Notes: generated from the letters alone by a model not told the origin. Counted from the stretch's first letter, positions 52,123-64,000 are shown. The stretch: 64,000 bases of DNA from Negaprion brevirostris (GCA_030324005.1 JARDVH010000106.1:43607112-43671111); one strand, 5' to 3'. Numbers and translations: made by a program.

Positions 52123-53409
52123 ATTGAAGGAGGTGGGCAGACCACACATTGCATTTTACAAGCTCCCACCTTCCAATACGCTGGTGAAGAGCCCAATGAT
52201 CCAGCTCCTTTCCATACGCCAGAATTCCCACATTGTATGGGGGAAGGTGCATATTACATTGGTCTGCAAATGGACAGGCAGATTATGATAGGTCAATTAA
52301 AATCATTGCATCCACTGTCAAGTTTTCCAGGATCAGCACTCACTCAATGCTTACTATAGGAGACCCCTGACATTTCTTGACATGGATATTCCATAGCCTA
52401 CATTTTCCAAATGCAGAAGATCACACAGCAATTGATTCAATCCAGATCTGACCAGGTTTAAAACAGTGCAATGGGCAGCCTTGTGCTGTGTCAAGGCATA
52501 GCAATGTTGTTCCTCTTGGAAAGTGGAGTGCTCCAACCTCATCCACACACACTACTGGATTGTCATGCTTCCATCTGTCAGACAGATGGGATATCAAATG
52601 GTGGATGGAAACTCTGTCCCATTTCCATCATATGGGATTTATTGCCACTGGGATAACAGTGCAGGAATTAATCCTACCCTTGTTTGTTCCATTGAAGGTA
52701 TGAGAATTTTAGGCCATGCAGTCGAGCATTTTAACAGGAAACATGATTTGTAACAACTTGGGAGTTGTGCGCTTTGGGGTAACCCAGGTCTGAAATTGGG
52801 ATCCTCTTGACAATTAAGTTGAAAAGCTGCTGACAATTTCAGATGTCATAATGTAATGGTGTATGGTAAATTAAATGTGTTTTTATTTATGATTAATGAT
52901 ATGGCTTTGTTCAGAATTATAATTGACCATTAAATTGAATAGCATTATGAAAGTATTCAGGTGCATTAGAGTATTGTGTCTGCTTGATTAAAAATCCCTT
53001 TTGCATTTAAGTATTAAGATTAAAATTTTAATAGATAAATTCCCTCAGTGATTTAATATTTTATTGACAGTCCAGTCATTTGCTTAGCCTTTTGAAGCAA
53101 CAGAGTAGATAACAATCTGCTTCAAAATGTTTTAATGTATTTGGCTCTGGAGGTTTTGATGTGCTTTGGATTCCAATTATGAATGTTTGGCATAGTTCCA
53201 ACCTTTACTAATGGATTCAGCTCAGCATGGCTTGTTGATGCAGTTGATTGGGCAACTTGAATATTGACCCAGTGTAAAAGATGGAGAAAATGCAAAACAA
53301 GTGATTTGGAGTATAACAAAATTACATTGAAAATTATTTAATATTTCATACTGGTTTGTTTGCACTGAAATCCGTGCACTAATCCAGTGGAAAAAAGCAA
53401 AAACTCCAA

Positions 53410-53597
53410 GGCCGGTATTGCTTCCCCTTCCGACCTCCATACATGTGGGAGCCATTGGCTATCAGTGGGATCTTCTGCTTGCACTGGAATCTGAAATTTT
53501 CTGTTACTTGCCCACCCCATCCCAGGGAACCCTAGCAAGAGTCAATCTCAATGGAACTAGCAGATTCCACCAGTGGGAGAGGCTGGAAAATCCCACT
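53410..53597. mobile_element. Short Harbinger-type MITE
   Basis: cagtgggatcttctg ... cagattccaccagtggg ... ctggaaaatcccac, similar to 44233-44410. Confidence 0.4.
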
Positions 53598-54171
53598 CTC
53601 TGCTATATAAAGGATAGCCCAGATTAAGAGGCTTCAAGTGCAAAACATAAATTTTGGCAATGAAATAATCTATTTTTTGTGAAATTAAAATCACCGTTTG
53701 CTCCATGAAATTTGCAATATCCAATCTTTCAAGGTAAGTTTAAATAATTTGGCACAAGGAGAGATTTTGCATGATTTTAATTTGAATTAACAGATTTGAA
53801 TTAAGCAACCTTGAATTAAGAGTAGACTTGTAATTTGTTAATCTTATTTGATGTGTGAAAAAACTAATGTTCCAAATCACTATGAAGGGAGTTTCAGGCA
53901 GGAGGGTGGTCTCACTTATTTCTTTTTACAACATTTATTAAATAAATGAATTATTAATGCTTTATTGTTTTCTGATAATGTAAGATTTAAGCCATCATTG
54001 TGAATTAAAGCAGTTTATATTTTGCAATTTCAAAATGACTAAAAAGAAGAAATGGTCAGTAAACAAGGGTAGCTTCCCATATTATACAATATATTGGATG
54101 TGGAGATTTTGTTTAAGATGTATACTAATTTGTATATGTTCAAGACTTCAACAGTCTGAACTCATCAACTT

Positions 54172-54327
54172 TTTTCAATTTATTATTGTTACATATATTG
54201 GTATATAGTATAAAGTATTGTTTCTTCGGCCCTATATAGACAAAGCATAGAATATTTAGGGGAGAAGGAAAGAAGAGGGTGCAGAATATAGTGTAACAAT
54301 CATAGATTGAGTTTAGGGAAAGATAAA
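54172..54327 (-). mobile_element. Rex1/Babar 3' UTR fragment
   Basis: Reverse complement of 2955-3107 (tttattattgttacat...aagtattgtttctt...gtgcagaatatagtgtaacaatcatag). Confidence 0.75.
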
Positions 54328-54750
54328 TATGGTCATCGCTGGCAAGGCCAATTTTTGTTGCCCATCCCTAATTGCACTTAAACTAAATACAGTAAAGTCT
54401 CAATACCAGGTTACAGTACAACAGGTTTATTTGGAATCACGAGCTTTCAGAGCGCTGCTCCTTCATTCAGGGGGGGGTGTGGGTTTGGGGGGGTGGGGGG
54501 GGGTGTGGGCGGGGCACTCGTCTGATGAAGGAGCAGCATCTGAAAGCTCTTGATTCCAAATAAACCAGTTGGACTTTTAATCTGGTGTTCTGAGATTTCT
54601 TATTAGTCCAATACCAGCATCTTCACATCTAAAACTAAATAGCTTGCTTGGCCATTTCAGAGGGCAGTTCAAAGTCAACAATATGGCTGTGGATTTGAAG
54701 TGACATGTAGGCAGATCAGGTAAAGATGGCAGATTGCCGTTAACATTGAC
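54328..54750 (-). mobile_element. tRNA-derived SINE (second family, 3' half) split by a Penelope-like insertion
   Basis: ttgcccatccctaattgcactt resumes at 54632 as aaactaaatagcttgcttggccatttcagagggcagttcaaagtcaac. Confidence 0.75.
54390..54631. mobile_element. Palindromic Penelope-like mini-element (family B) with a G-rich spacer and a 10-bp TSD
   Basis: AAACTAAATA lies at 54380-54389 and 54632-54641. The arms 54390-54470 and 54522-54603 are inverted. Confidence 0.75.
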
Positions 54751-54970
54751 CAATGCAATTACTGCAATGCCACCATCTCCTCCCAGCACTCCTTTTCTGC
54801 TGGTATTCATTGATATTTATGAAATAAGTGTACTGTAATCAATCAATGATTTAGACATTCATGAAAATAGATGATAGTGTTTTTCTCATTGTAAATAATA
54901 AAATTGTATTGTTTCATATTTTCAGTTCTCAATGACATGTTTTTAGTCATTATAAATTTGTCCTTTTCAG

Positions 54971-55059
54971 ATTCTGCAGATGAAAGTAAACCTTCCGAAA
55001 GTGCCCAAAACGAAGAGGTTAAAGATGATGAAAAGAAGGCCACCGAGGAAAATGCCTGA
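54971..55059 (+). CDS. GAP43: Terminal coding exon of GAP43 (neuromodulin), phase-1 acceptor
   Basis: Pyrimidine tract and AG (ttgtccttttcag) end at 54970. The frame (x)AT TCT GCA GAT GAA... gives D-SADESKPSESAQNEEVKDDEKKATEENA-stop (TGA 55057-55059). This matches the GAP43 C-terminus as I recall it (mammal [28 protein letters not shown]), with the same intron phase. The downstream UTR also matches GAP43. Confidence 0.9.
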
Positions 55060-55365
55060 AGATGTAAGGTCCCCAGCCCCAGCTATTCTCTCCCCTTTGA
55101 TGTGTGGACCATTCCCCATATGGCTAAAGGCGGGAAAGTTTTCCAGTCAAACCGTGTGGCTTAATTTAAATGTTCTTGGTGTTGTTCTGGCAGTTTGATG
55201 ACCATCATTTGGAATTCTTGCACTGTACAAAATTTCTCTGGCTCTCTGTTTCACTGTATGCAATGTTATTTTAAGAAGTAAAAATGTAAGTGAAAATGGT
55301 ATCCTTTAAATGTGATGGGAATGAATATACATTTGTTTTGAGAATAAAGCAACGTGCCAATTATT
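55060..55365 (+). other. GAP43: GAP43 3' UTR with conserved U/GU-rich blocks
   Basis: Blocks agtcaaaccgtgtggcttaa, ttcttggtgttgttctggcag, atcatttggaattcttgcactgta, aatgtgatgggaatgaa and aataaagcaacgtgccaatta are colinear with the mammalian GAP43 3' UTR as I recall it. The 3' end is estimated from the poly(A) signal. Confidence 0.85.
55343..55348 (+). terminator. Polyadenylation signal AATAAA of GAP43
   Basis: AATAAA lies within the conserved context aataaagcaacgtgccaatta and is followed by GU-rich sequence (ttggtgggt, ttggggttgttcttt). Confidence 0.8.
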
Positions 55366-58300
55366 GGTGGGTAAGGCCTCATTGTGACCCCAACCTTGGG
55401 GTTGTTCTTTATCTTAAACACTATCTCCATTGAATTGATTCAAATATTTAATATTTAATTGCAGTCTAAGTAATCAAACCTTATTTTAATTTATCCAATG
55501 ATTCATGTATATTTGATTGTCATTGTCTCATAACCTTAAACAGAATTGTACTGATGACATGTTGCATGACCTTTGGCAAAATTACATTATGCATTAGGGA
55601 GAGAAATGCATTGATCATTTAATTACTAACCAACTATATTCTGCAGCTATAAACTTTTATGACCAGCTGACTTGTATATTCCTCTTTCTGTGGTGTTTTC
55701 TGTGCTGCCCTATATTCTGCTGCAGTCTTGTTGGTCCATCAGAGAATTTTCACAATTGATCTTCACTATTTAGGTCTGAATTAGAAAAATAATATTTCCT
55801 AACGTTAATGGCAAAGGCTAACATTCCCCCCACTCGTGTTTATCAAGAGAAAATGTCATACTTAAAATAGAAGTTCCTATGAATTTTATGGGAGCAGATT
55901 TAAAAAAATAGAAAAAATGGCAGCTAACGGGACAGGACAGAATTCAAGTACATTGGATAATTTGACTATTTTACATTGTTGTGATTGATGTATTATGGGA
56001 TTTTTGCATGGGTTGTACCTCATTTTACATATACGTATTGCCTCTGTGCATCAAATGCCAGTCAAACTGCATGTTTTTCCAGAGTAGTGCATTTCATTTT
56101 ATTAATTGGGATTCACACTTAAAGATTGCACTTATTGTGTGATGCTTGACAAGGCTATAAATCCATAAAAATATTGTTCTTTGCTATTAGATCTCGTGTT
56201 TCCTAAATAGGTTTCCAATTCCAGATATTCCAATACTTAAATTTACTACACATTCCAGAAGATAAAATGTGCATTTTCTTATAACAGTGCTAACTTGTTT
56301 GGAAACTGTCTCTTGTAATATATTGCAAGGAAGCTGATTCACAATGCTGCCTTAACTTCAGGTCCTCACATCATTCCAAAGACACATTCGTCATCACATG
56401 CAGCATGTATGAATGAATTAGTAAGAGCACTAATCTGAACAATGGGAAAGAGGGTGCTCTTCCTTTCACACACAGGTCAACCTTTACTGAGTTAAGTTGC
56501 CCACCCATATGAAACTACCAGAAGTCAATGTGAGGCCTAAAATCTAAAATTATGTCTGTGCCTAAGAGAAAGCTAGTCACAAGTCAATCCATTTTATTTC
56601 ACCAGCCATTACCCTTCATTATCTCTGAAACCACCTGCACTTACTGACATGTAAGATTGGAACTGCCTGGCAGGCCTGCTAGTGATGAATGAACCAGTGC
56701 ATGTTTTTACAATAATATGTGTTGTGGCACTTGCAATAGTATTCACTACATTATAGAAATATTGTAGTTACAACCTTCATTCACTGCTCTCATATTGAAT
56801 TTTTGTACTTTTTCTTCAAATTTGGTCTACACNNNNNNNNNNNNNNNNNNNNNNNNNNNNNNNNNNNNNNNNNNNNNNNNNNNNNNNNNNNNNNNNNNNN
56901 NNNNNNNNNNNNNNNNNNNNNNNNNNNNNNNNNNNNNNNNNNNNNNNNNNNNNNNNNNNNNNNNNNTGAGCATGTTGAGGAAATGTACTAAAGCAGTCAC
57001 ATGACCAAACATTTTTAGCACGTTTGGGTCTTCCCACTAACTCAAAGATGTCCTTAAGTAATTCCTTTCACTTTTATTCACATCAAAAAATGGCATTGAA
57101 ATGCAAAGTGACATTAGAGAGTCATAAACCCTGCATTAAAGTGATCAAACAAATTAACTTACAGATGTCAGTAAAACAAAACAATTTAAATTCCTAAGCA
57201 TTTAACCTGTTACATTACATGAGAAAACATTTTTAATTAATACACATTGATTATATTCACAATAGATGCTTTTGCGATGGAAAGTTGATTTCAAATTCAA
57301 TTATTTTTGCCAAAAGAAATGGTTTAGTTGCAATACCTTCACATGGCTCTTACTATGCAATTGTGAATGTAATTGTAACATTAATCTGGCTGTAATTTCA
57401 CTTTAACAATGTAAAGACCACGAAGTACAAAAGTTTTTAAAAATGTGCAGTGGGATAACAGCGTTTAGCTAATGTGTGCAGCTTCTGAAATAATGGTTAG
57501 TCTTGATTGTAACTTGTGTGCAGAACTAATTAGGGATCCTTATATTACCTCAAATAATGAACTTTTAATCTAAATGAGCATCTTTGTATAATGTGCCTTT
57601 CCACTTCATTGAAGTAAGCTCGATCGCTTGTGTGCCACTTTCTAACAGCTGCTGCCATTGAAATCTTAAATTGTAGCAAAGTGCATTAGAAAAAGCTACC
57701 GTGTCACCTTCACAATTTACGCTAATTACACATTGTAAAAATTAGTGATTTTTCTAACCATATTTCAAAATGCATAAACATTAAACAAAGAGCATGCTGT
57801 GCAAGATAGTTTGTTACTCACGACCAATATGTACATTGTGTAAATCTGTATTTTAATGACCATTCATCTTAAACATTATTATTACAGATCCAAAGGTCTC
57901 CTCATTAAATATTGGTATCATACAGAGAGAATTTTAAATTATCAATGCATTAAAAGAGGCAGGAACTAGCAGTCCACTTCAAATTCTGATCTATTTGTCA
58001 CCACTTAATAGAAGCAGAAAACTCTCTCGGCTTAGATTGAATACTTTCCCAAAAGTGTGAACTTTACTTTGATGAAAAATAATAACTGAGGCTAGCAGTT
58101 TGGTTACAGTGATCTTAACTGTTAATGAATAAAATTAAAATCGAAGCACAACTCTCATTAAGGAAATTGAGAAGTAACTTTTTTTATTCATTAGTGACTT
58201 CAGTGCAAAAAAGACAATTGCTAAAATATACCCCCATTTCTCTCCAAGCTAAACCATTGCCTGTTGGTGTTTGAATTTGCTGACCAATAATGCTAAGTCA

Positions 58301-61300
58301 ACTTATTCAGAGAGTGACATTAAATAGTCAGATATGCTCACTACATTATAGATGTGACATTCTAAAGCAAATTCTTGATGGCTAGATTCTTTAATCTGAG
58401 AAGTGTTCCTTTTTTGACAACACAAAGATTGTGACACAGTTCCTGCAAAGCTGTGCAAATTATCTTGACTGGCAACTAGCAATTAACAGCCAAGGGATTT
58501 AATTTTTTTTCAGATTTACACAGGAACACATTCATTCACTTTTAGTTTAGAACAACAAAAGCAGAAAATAAACTTCACTGCACAGGATGGATTTCTTTTT
58601 CAATAATGAGCAGCTGTTAAGTTCTTGTATTAAGCACAAAACAGTCAATCTATTTTTGGCTTTGTAAACTATGGGATGGAGATAACATCTGCAGAGGACT
58701 TCACAAAATATTACATTAAATTGAAAACTAATTGAAAATAGATTAATTTTGTGCTAAGGTTGACCATACAGATAAATGCAACTCTCAGCAACTTTGGAAA
58801 TACTGTTGGGATTATTTCATCAGACATCATAGGTTAAATGTTGTGATAACTTTGTACTGTGACCTTCAACATCCACATTTTTGTCAGGGCTGTGGGATAA
58901 TGAAGCGAGAAAATATCACATTTAATAAAAGTTCTACATACAAACATAGATCCTTTTCCTGANNNNNNNNNNNNNNNNNNNNNNNNNNNNNNNNNNNNNN
59001 NNNNNNNNNNNNNNNNNNNNNNNNNNNNNNNNNNNNNNNNNNNNNNNNNNNNNNNNNNNNNNGATTTTTTTTTTAAAAATGGATATTTAATTGGAATATT
59101 AAAAAGCTGAAAAATATCTGTCTAAAATTCTCCTCAATACAATTTGGCTAGAAGTTATTAAAAGGGCACTAAATTTAATATGTTCACCATCATACTCTGA
59201 AATCATGCATTGTCTATGATGCACATTGGCAACCAATACTTACTGTCTGACATAGTTGTTGGATTTCTTGTAATTGTATGTTTCTAGTTTGTATTGACAA
59301 CAAAAAGTTGTGAAATTATTTTTTGTTACCAGTCCATTCTTTAAGCAAGATTGAACATAGATAATTCTTAATTAGTTAATGTCCTCCAGGTTGACTGTAA
59401 TTATGTGCCATGATTACAACCAAAGCTGTTGCCATATTGCCCAGTTGCAAAACTGGAAAACTAGCCTGTCACTTTGAACATATTGTCAAACTTTTTGAAA
59501 CTGTTCCACTTTTCTATTGCATCTATAACTAAACATGATTGTGTTATGTAGTACTTGTCACCATTTTGAACCACGTGTATTAAAATGCAATGAGCCCTCT
59601 GGGAAAAAAAAAACCCTATATAGGCCAGCAAAGGGTTACTGTCTAATTAACTTTACATAAGAAATGTAGAAATTTAAGATAAAAGTCTTGAAGGCACAAC
59701 ACAGTCTGATTTTCTTATATTGGTAACATAGGTAAGTATTGAAAGCTTTGTTGATCTTAGTACAGATAGGTTTTTTGATATAATGGCAAGCTAATTGTAC
59801 TTCAGCATGTGGGCAGACATCACTAAATCACCAGATCTGTTTTATACATACCACCAAAAGCTTTCACTTTAAGCAATCACTTGCATTTCAGTATGTGTCA
59901 GACCTTCAGTAAGATGGCATTTATTTTGTTGTGTCCTTCGTGAAATAATGTCATCTACTTGAATATTTTCAGTGCTTACTGTTATTCAGTCTTGCTTCAG
60001 AGAGGATGGTTGTTCCTAATATCAGAAGTGAATAGCTTTTGTTTGTTCTGCAAGGTCTTTTGCTGAAGACTGTTGTTTACTAATTAGATTTGATAGGGGA
60101 TTGAATTAGCGGGAATTTCAGCTTGTTTTAATAATGATTCTTGCCCGAAAGTAAAAGCATTTAATACATACACTGGTACAGTGTGATTTCATATATCACA
60201 CCAAACAACAACATGGCTATTTAAAAAGGATGTTTTTAACCTACCGTTTTTAAGATGAACACAAACCACAGGAAACATTTAATATTGTTCTTGAAATGAC
60301 TTTTTATAATGCTGTATCAATATTCTCCTAATTATCAATGTGAGCATGTTATGCCTTGCCATTTGACAGACTGCAAGCTTTTGCCATACCAAAAACTACT
60401 GCATTTGATGTCTTCTTAGAATGATATAGTTACAGAGCTAGCAAGAACTAAATACAAAAGAAACCTGTATCATTAAGTGACTACTTTCCAATTTTAATCA
60501 TGTGGTCTCTTAATCCTCACCAAGATTGAATCTTTTTCATGGTTAGATGACTAGAAGTGGGTGTATTTTGTAGCACATATATTTCTATTTGTCTAAGTAG
60601 CAATTTTCAGGTTTTACTCATCAAAACAGAGCAAAGGGGACCACTACAGTTATAATAGTGTGCAGCCATTAACCATATTAGTATGTGATTGCTTAATAAA
60701 GTCTTCACTCGCCACACATGTGGAAAAAGTAGTGGGATTGGTGAAACAGGCCACTGAATGCAGGTGACTGCTTAACAGAAAAAACTACTTGTTGGGGAGG
60801 GGGGTTTTAAAATGGGGACACATGCAGGCCTGTTTTAACTGAGTTTAGAACTCTTGGTCACTATCTTTTTTAACTGTGCTAAGGGAGTGTCCAGATTCTT
60901 CATGCATGCTGGTCATAGGTTTCAAATTGTACTAATGTTGTATTTGCTGGAGCTGTACTTTTGACTTGGAACTAATTGATGCTTGGGCTAATAAATTTTT
61001 TAAAGGCTGCATGTATATTTCCAACTATCTTGCCAGGAAATGAAACTCCAGTAGACAAAACCTGTTGGCAGTGCAATTGCAATGGTTCATTTTTCAATGT
61101 TGCCCTTATGGATATGACAGGTCTGAAGCAATTAAATGACAGGTGGAAGCCATCATTAGCCACCTTATATGNNNNNNNNNNNNNNNNNNNNNNNNNNNNN
61201 NNNNNNNNNNNNNNNNNNNNNNNNNNNNNNNNNNNNNNNNNNNNNNNNNNNNNNNNNNNNNNNNNATGCAATATGGTGCCAATTAGGCTTCAAAGATATG

Positions 61301-62363
61301 CAAATCGAAGTACAGTGAATGGTAGTTCATGAATATAATGAAAAGAAAGTCTGAGTGCCCTGGGTTTTGGTAAATCTAATTGAGCATCATGAATATCAAT
61401 CCTAATCATGCATGAGCATGAAATTGCAGACAAAGTACAACTGTGTTTTAAATGTTGACCATCCTCCGAGCACGAAGTTTGTAGTTGGAAGCATACATTT
61501 CTTTCAGCCTTACAATGCATTTTTTGATTGCCTTCCTGCCTACTTGATTGGCCACTGCCTTACGCAATCCTGATCTACTTGCTTGGTGCTGTTGAGTCCT
61601 TGTGATGTTCTGTAGTGCTTGATTGCTGGTATTTTTGTACTGGTAAATTATTTTTACTCAGCAGTAATGATATTCTGAATTTGTGAGTGTGTGTAATTGG
61701 TGTGGCATCTAAGATGGCTGATGCAGAATGTGGCCTGCCTTTTTTCACAAAATGTCAGAGAGACAGTGGGGAGAATGAAAAAAAAAATAAAAGTCACCAG
61801 TCTTCACAAAACTCAAGTCTTTGGTGTTTCCTTTTCATTATGACTCCTTAGCATTTTATTTAAGAGTGCTTGATTGCTATAAGAGTATATTGATCAGCAA
61901 AAAGGTATACTTGTGTCAGTAAAATCCATTTAACTTCTGATTAAATTACCCATTATTTCTGTCGCATGATGAAAAGCTGAGCAGACAAACTATATGGAGT
62001 TGATTATGGGACTATCAGTAATAGCAGATCCACAAAGCTATAATGGAAGCTAAACTTGAATGAGACTCTTTGCCCCTTGCCCTTTCAACTAAATTAGTAT
62101 TTTTCCTGCCAGAGCTCCAGATACCAAGTCAACTGATCTTGTCAGTTTGTCAACCTTTCAAAAGAAAATCAAAAGTTATCAGTGTGGCATAATTAAATCA
62201 GTTGGAACATAGGACTGAAGTTTATTAGAAAAAAAATCAGTCAAATGCTGCTGTTTGTGCAAGAATTTTAAGGAAAAAAAGCTTGATGATTTTTGAGACT
62301 TCTAGAAACAGTGCATTTTTGTTCAACATTTGTACTGTCACGCCCATCATTTTCTCCTTAAAG

Positions 62364-63005
62364 GAACAAAGAACAAAGAAAATTACAGCACAGGAACAGG
62401 CCCTTCAGCCCTCCAAGCCNNNNNNNNNNNNNNNNNNNNNNNNNNNNNNNNNNNNNNNNNNNNNNNNNNNNNNNNNNNNNNNNNNNNNNNNNNNNNNNNN
62501 NNNNNNNNNNNNNNNNNNNACACAATGTTTTGGCCTCATCTGCTTTCTGTGGTAGTGAATTCCACTGATTCTCTCTCTGGGTGAAGGAATTTCTCCTCAC
62601 CTCAGTCCTAAAAGCTTTACCCCTTATCCTCAAACTATGGCCCCTAGTTCTAGAGTCCCCAACCACTGGGAACGTTCTTTCTGAATCTACCCTGTTAGAG
62701 TTTTATAAGTTTCCATGAGATCACCTCTCACTCTTCTAAACTCAATGAATATAATTCCCAACTGACTCAGTCTTGTCTCATATTACAGGCCTGCTATCCC
62801 AGGAATCAGCCTGGTAAACCTTTGTTGTACTCCCCCTGTGACAAGGACATCCCTCCTCAGATAAGGACATCAAAACTGCACACGGTACTCCAAGTGTGAC
62901 CTCACCAATGACCTATGCAATTGCAGCTATCCCTGTGCTCAAATCCTCTCTCTATGAAGACCAACATAACATTTGCCTTCTTTACTGCCTGCTGTACCTG
63001 CGTTT
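62364..63005 (-). mobile_element. CR1 LINE 3' end
   Basis: (gaacaaa)n tail and minus-strand VGDSRTRGHSLRIRGKAFRTEVRRNSFTQR...WNSLPQKA. Confidence 0.9.
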
Positions 63006-63061
63006 CCAATTTTTGAGCTGTCTGATAAGGGACCTTTTGGGGACGTCTGACATCAGGCAGT

Positions 63062-63470
63062 CAAAGAACAAAGAAAAATACAGGAACAAACTCGTCGCCT
63101 TCCAAGCCTGCACTGACCATGCTGCCTAACTTAACTAAAACCCCCTACCCTTCCGGGGACAATATCCCTCTATTCCCATCTTCATGTATTTGTCAAGATG
63201 TCTGTTAAAAGCCACTACTGTATCTGCTTATGCTATCTCCCCTGGCAACAAGCTCCAGACACCCACCTCTCTATGTAAAATAAAAAATCTGCCTTGTACA
63301 TCTCCTTCTAAACCTTGCCCCTCGCACCTTTATATCTGTGTGCTGTAGTAATTGATTCTCTGGGTCTGGGAGCCCAGAGCCTGGAAAAAGCTGACTATCC
63401 ACTCTGTCCATGCCTCTCATTTTGTAGAGTTCTATCAGGTCGCCCATCATCCTCTATTGTTCCAGTGAGA
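63062..63470 (-). mobile_element. Second CR1 LINE 3' end
   Basis: caaagaacaaagaa tail, ccaagcctgcactgaccatgctgcc and aaaccttgcccctcgcacctt. Confidence 0.8.
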
Positions 63471-64000
63471 ACTTTCTGGAATATCCAAACTGCTGTACGT
63501 AAATGTTCTGACACTACGTGTGTGGGATTGCTAATGATTATTCAGAATAAGGAGAGGGATTGCAGTGACGATGAATGTAAGTGCCATTGCATCTGAAAAT
63601 AAATCTGATAAAATGACTTCTTCAGAACAGCATAGGTGTCAGCCAAAGTCTTTTGAGACACTTATAAAATTGCTTTGAAGTACAACTGTTCAGGAATTTT
63701 AAACTTGAAATGCCAGAGAACAAACGTTAGCACAAGACAGGCATTAGAAATTGAAACACTCAGCCAAAAATAGTGCCAAACCAATTATTTTTAAATATTA
63801 TATTTTGATTATCATTCACAACAAAACACTAATTCCTTGAATGAATTGGTGCTCCCTTGATTATGTATGCCTCACTGTGGCATAGCTATGGATAAGTTAA
63901 TGCTTTGGCGTAATCAATGGGAGAACTTATCAATAAACCTCACAATTCATGCTCTTTGTTGCTTACATTGCAGAAATAATCCATTTTTTGAATCACATTG

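Larger units (their letters stand above)
1..54970 (+). other. GAP43: Probable final intron of GAP43 (5' end lies outside the window)
   Basis: No IQ-motif (KIQASFRGH) or long acidic ORF of the large upstream exon appears in the ORF track. The region is TE-rich and ends in the acceptor at 54970. An exon hidden in an N gap cannot be excluded. Confidence 0.65.

Noticed and set aside
54980-55198. 72-aa basic ORF MKVNLPKVPK...
   Set aside because: It is an alternative frame over the GAP43 exon and UTR; the splice-defined acidic frame matches a known protein.
55400-64000. LSAMP coding exons on the minus strand
   Set aside because: No Ig-domain or GPI-signal-like peptide with splice sites was recognised.

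Overview
Vertebrate genomic DNA. The repeat content (HE1-type V-SINEs, Deu-domain SINEs, CR1/HER1, Rex1/Babar, RTE, Penelope-like and Harbinger-type elements) points to a shark or other elasmobranch; this is an inference from recognised repeat families. It is a gapped short/linked-read assembly. The only host coding sequence I can support is an 89-bp terminal exon at 54971-55059 (+). It encodes xSADESKPSESAQNEEVKDDEKKATEENA* and is followed by a recognisably conserved 3' UTR and AATAAA; I recognise it as the last exon of GAP43 (neuromodulin). Bases 1-54970 are therefore most likely the long final intron, filled with decayed transposons. The most unusual signal is a set of short Penelope-like insertions from two sequence families. 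Four are inverted (palindromic) dimers and three have 10-13 bp target-site duplications. They carry minimal type I hammerhead ribozyme folds (CUGAnGA / stem II / GAAA / palindromic stem III), mostly decayed. Several TE-free islands hold candidate enhancers, including a paired RFX X-box. All family assignments come from recall of consensus motifs, not database searches. TE boundaries are approximate unless a TSD is given.
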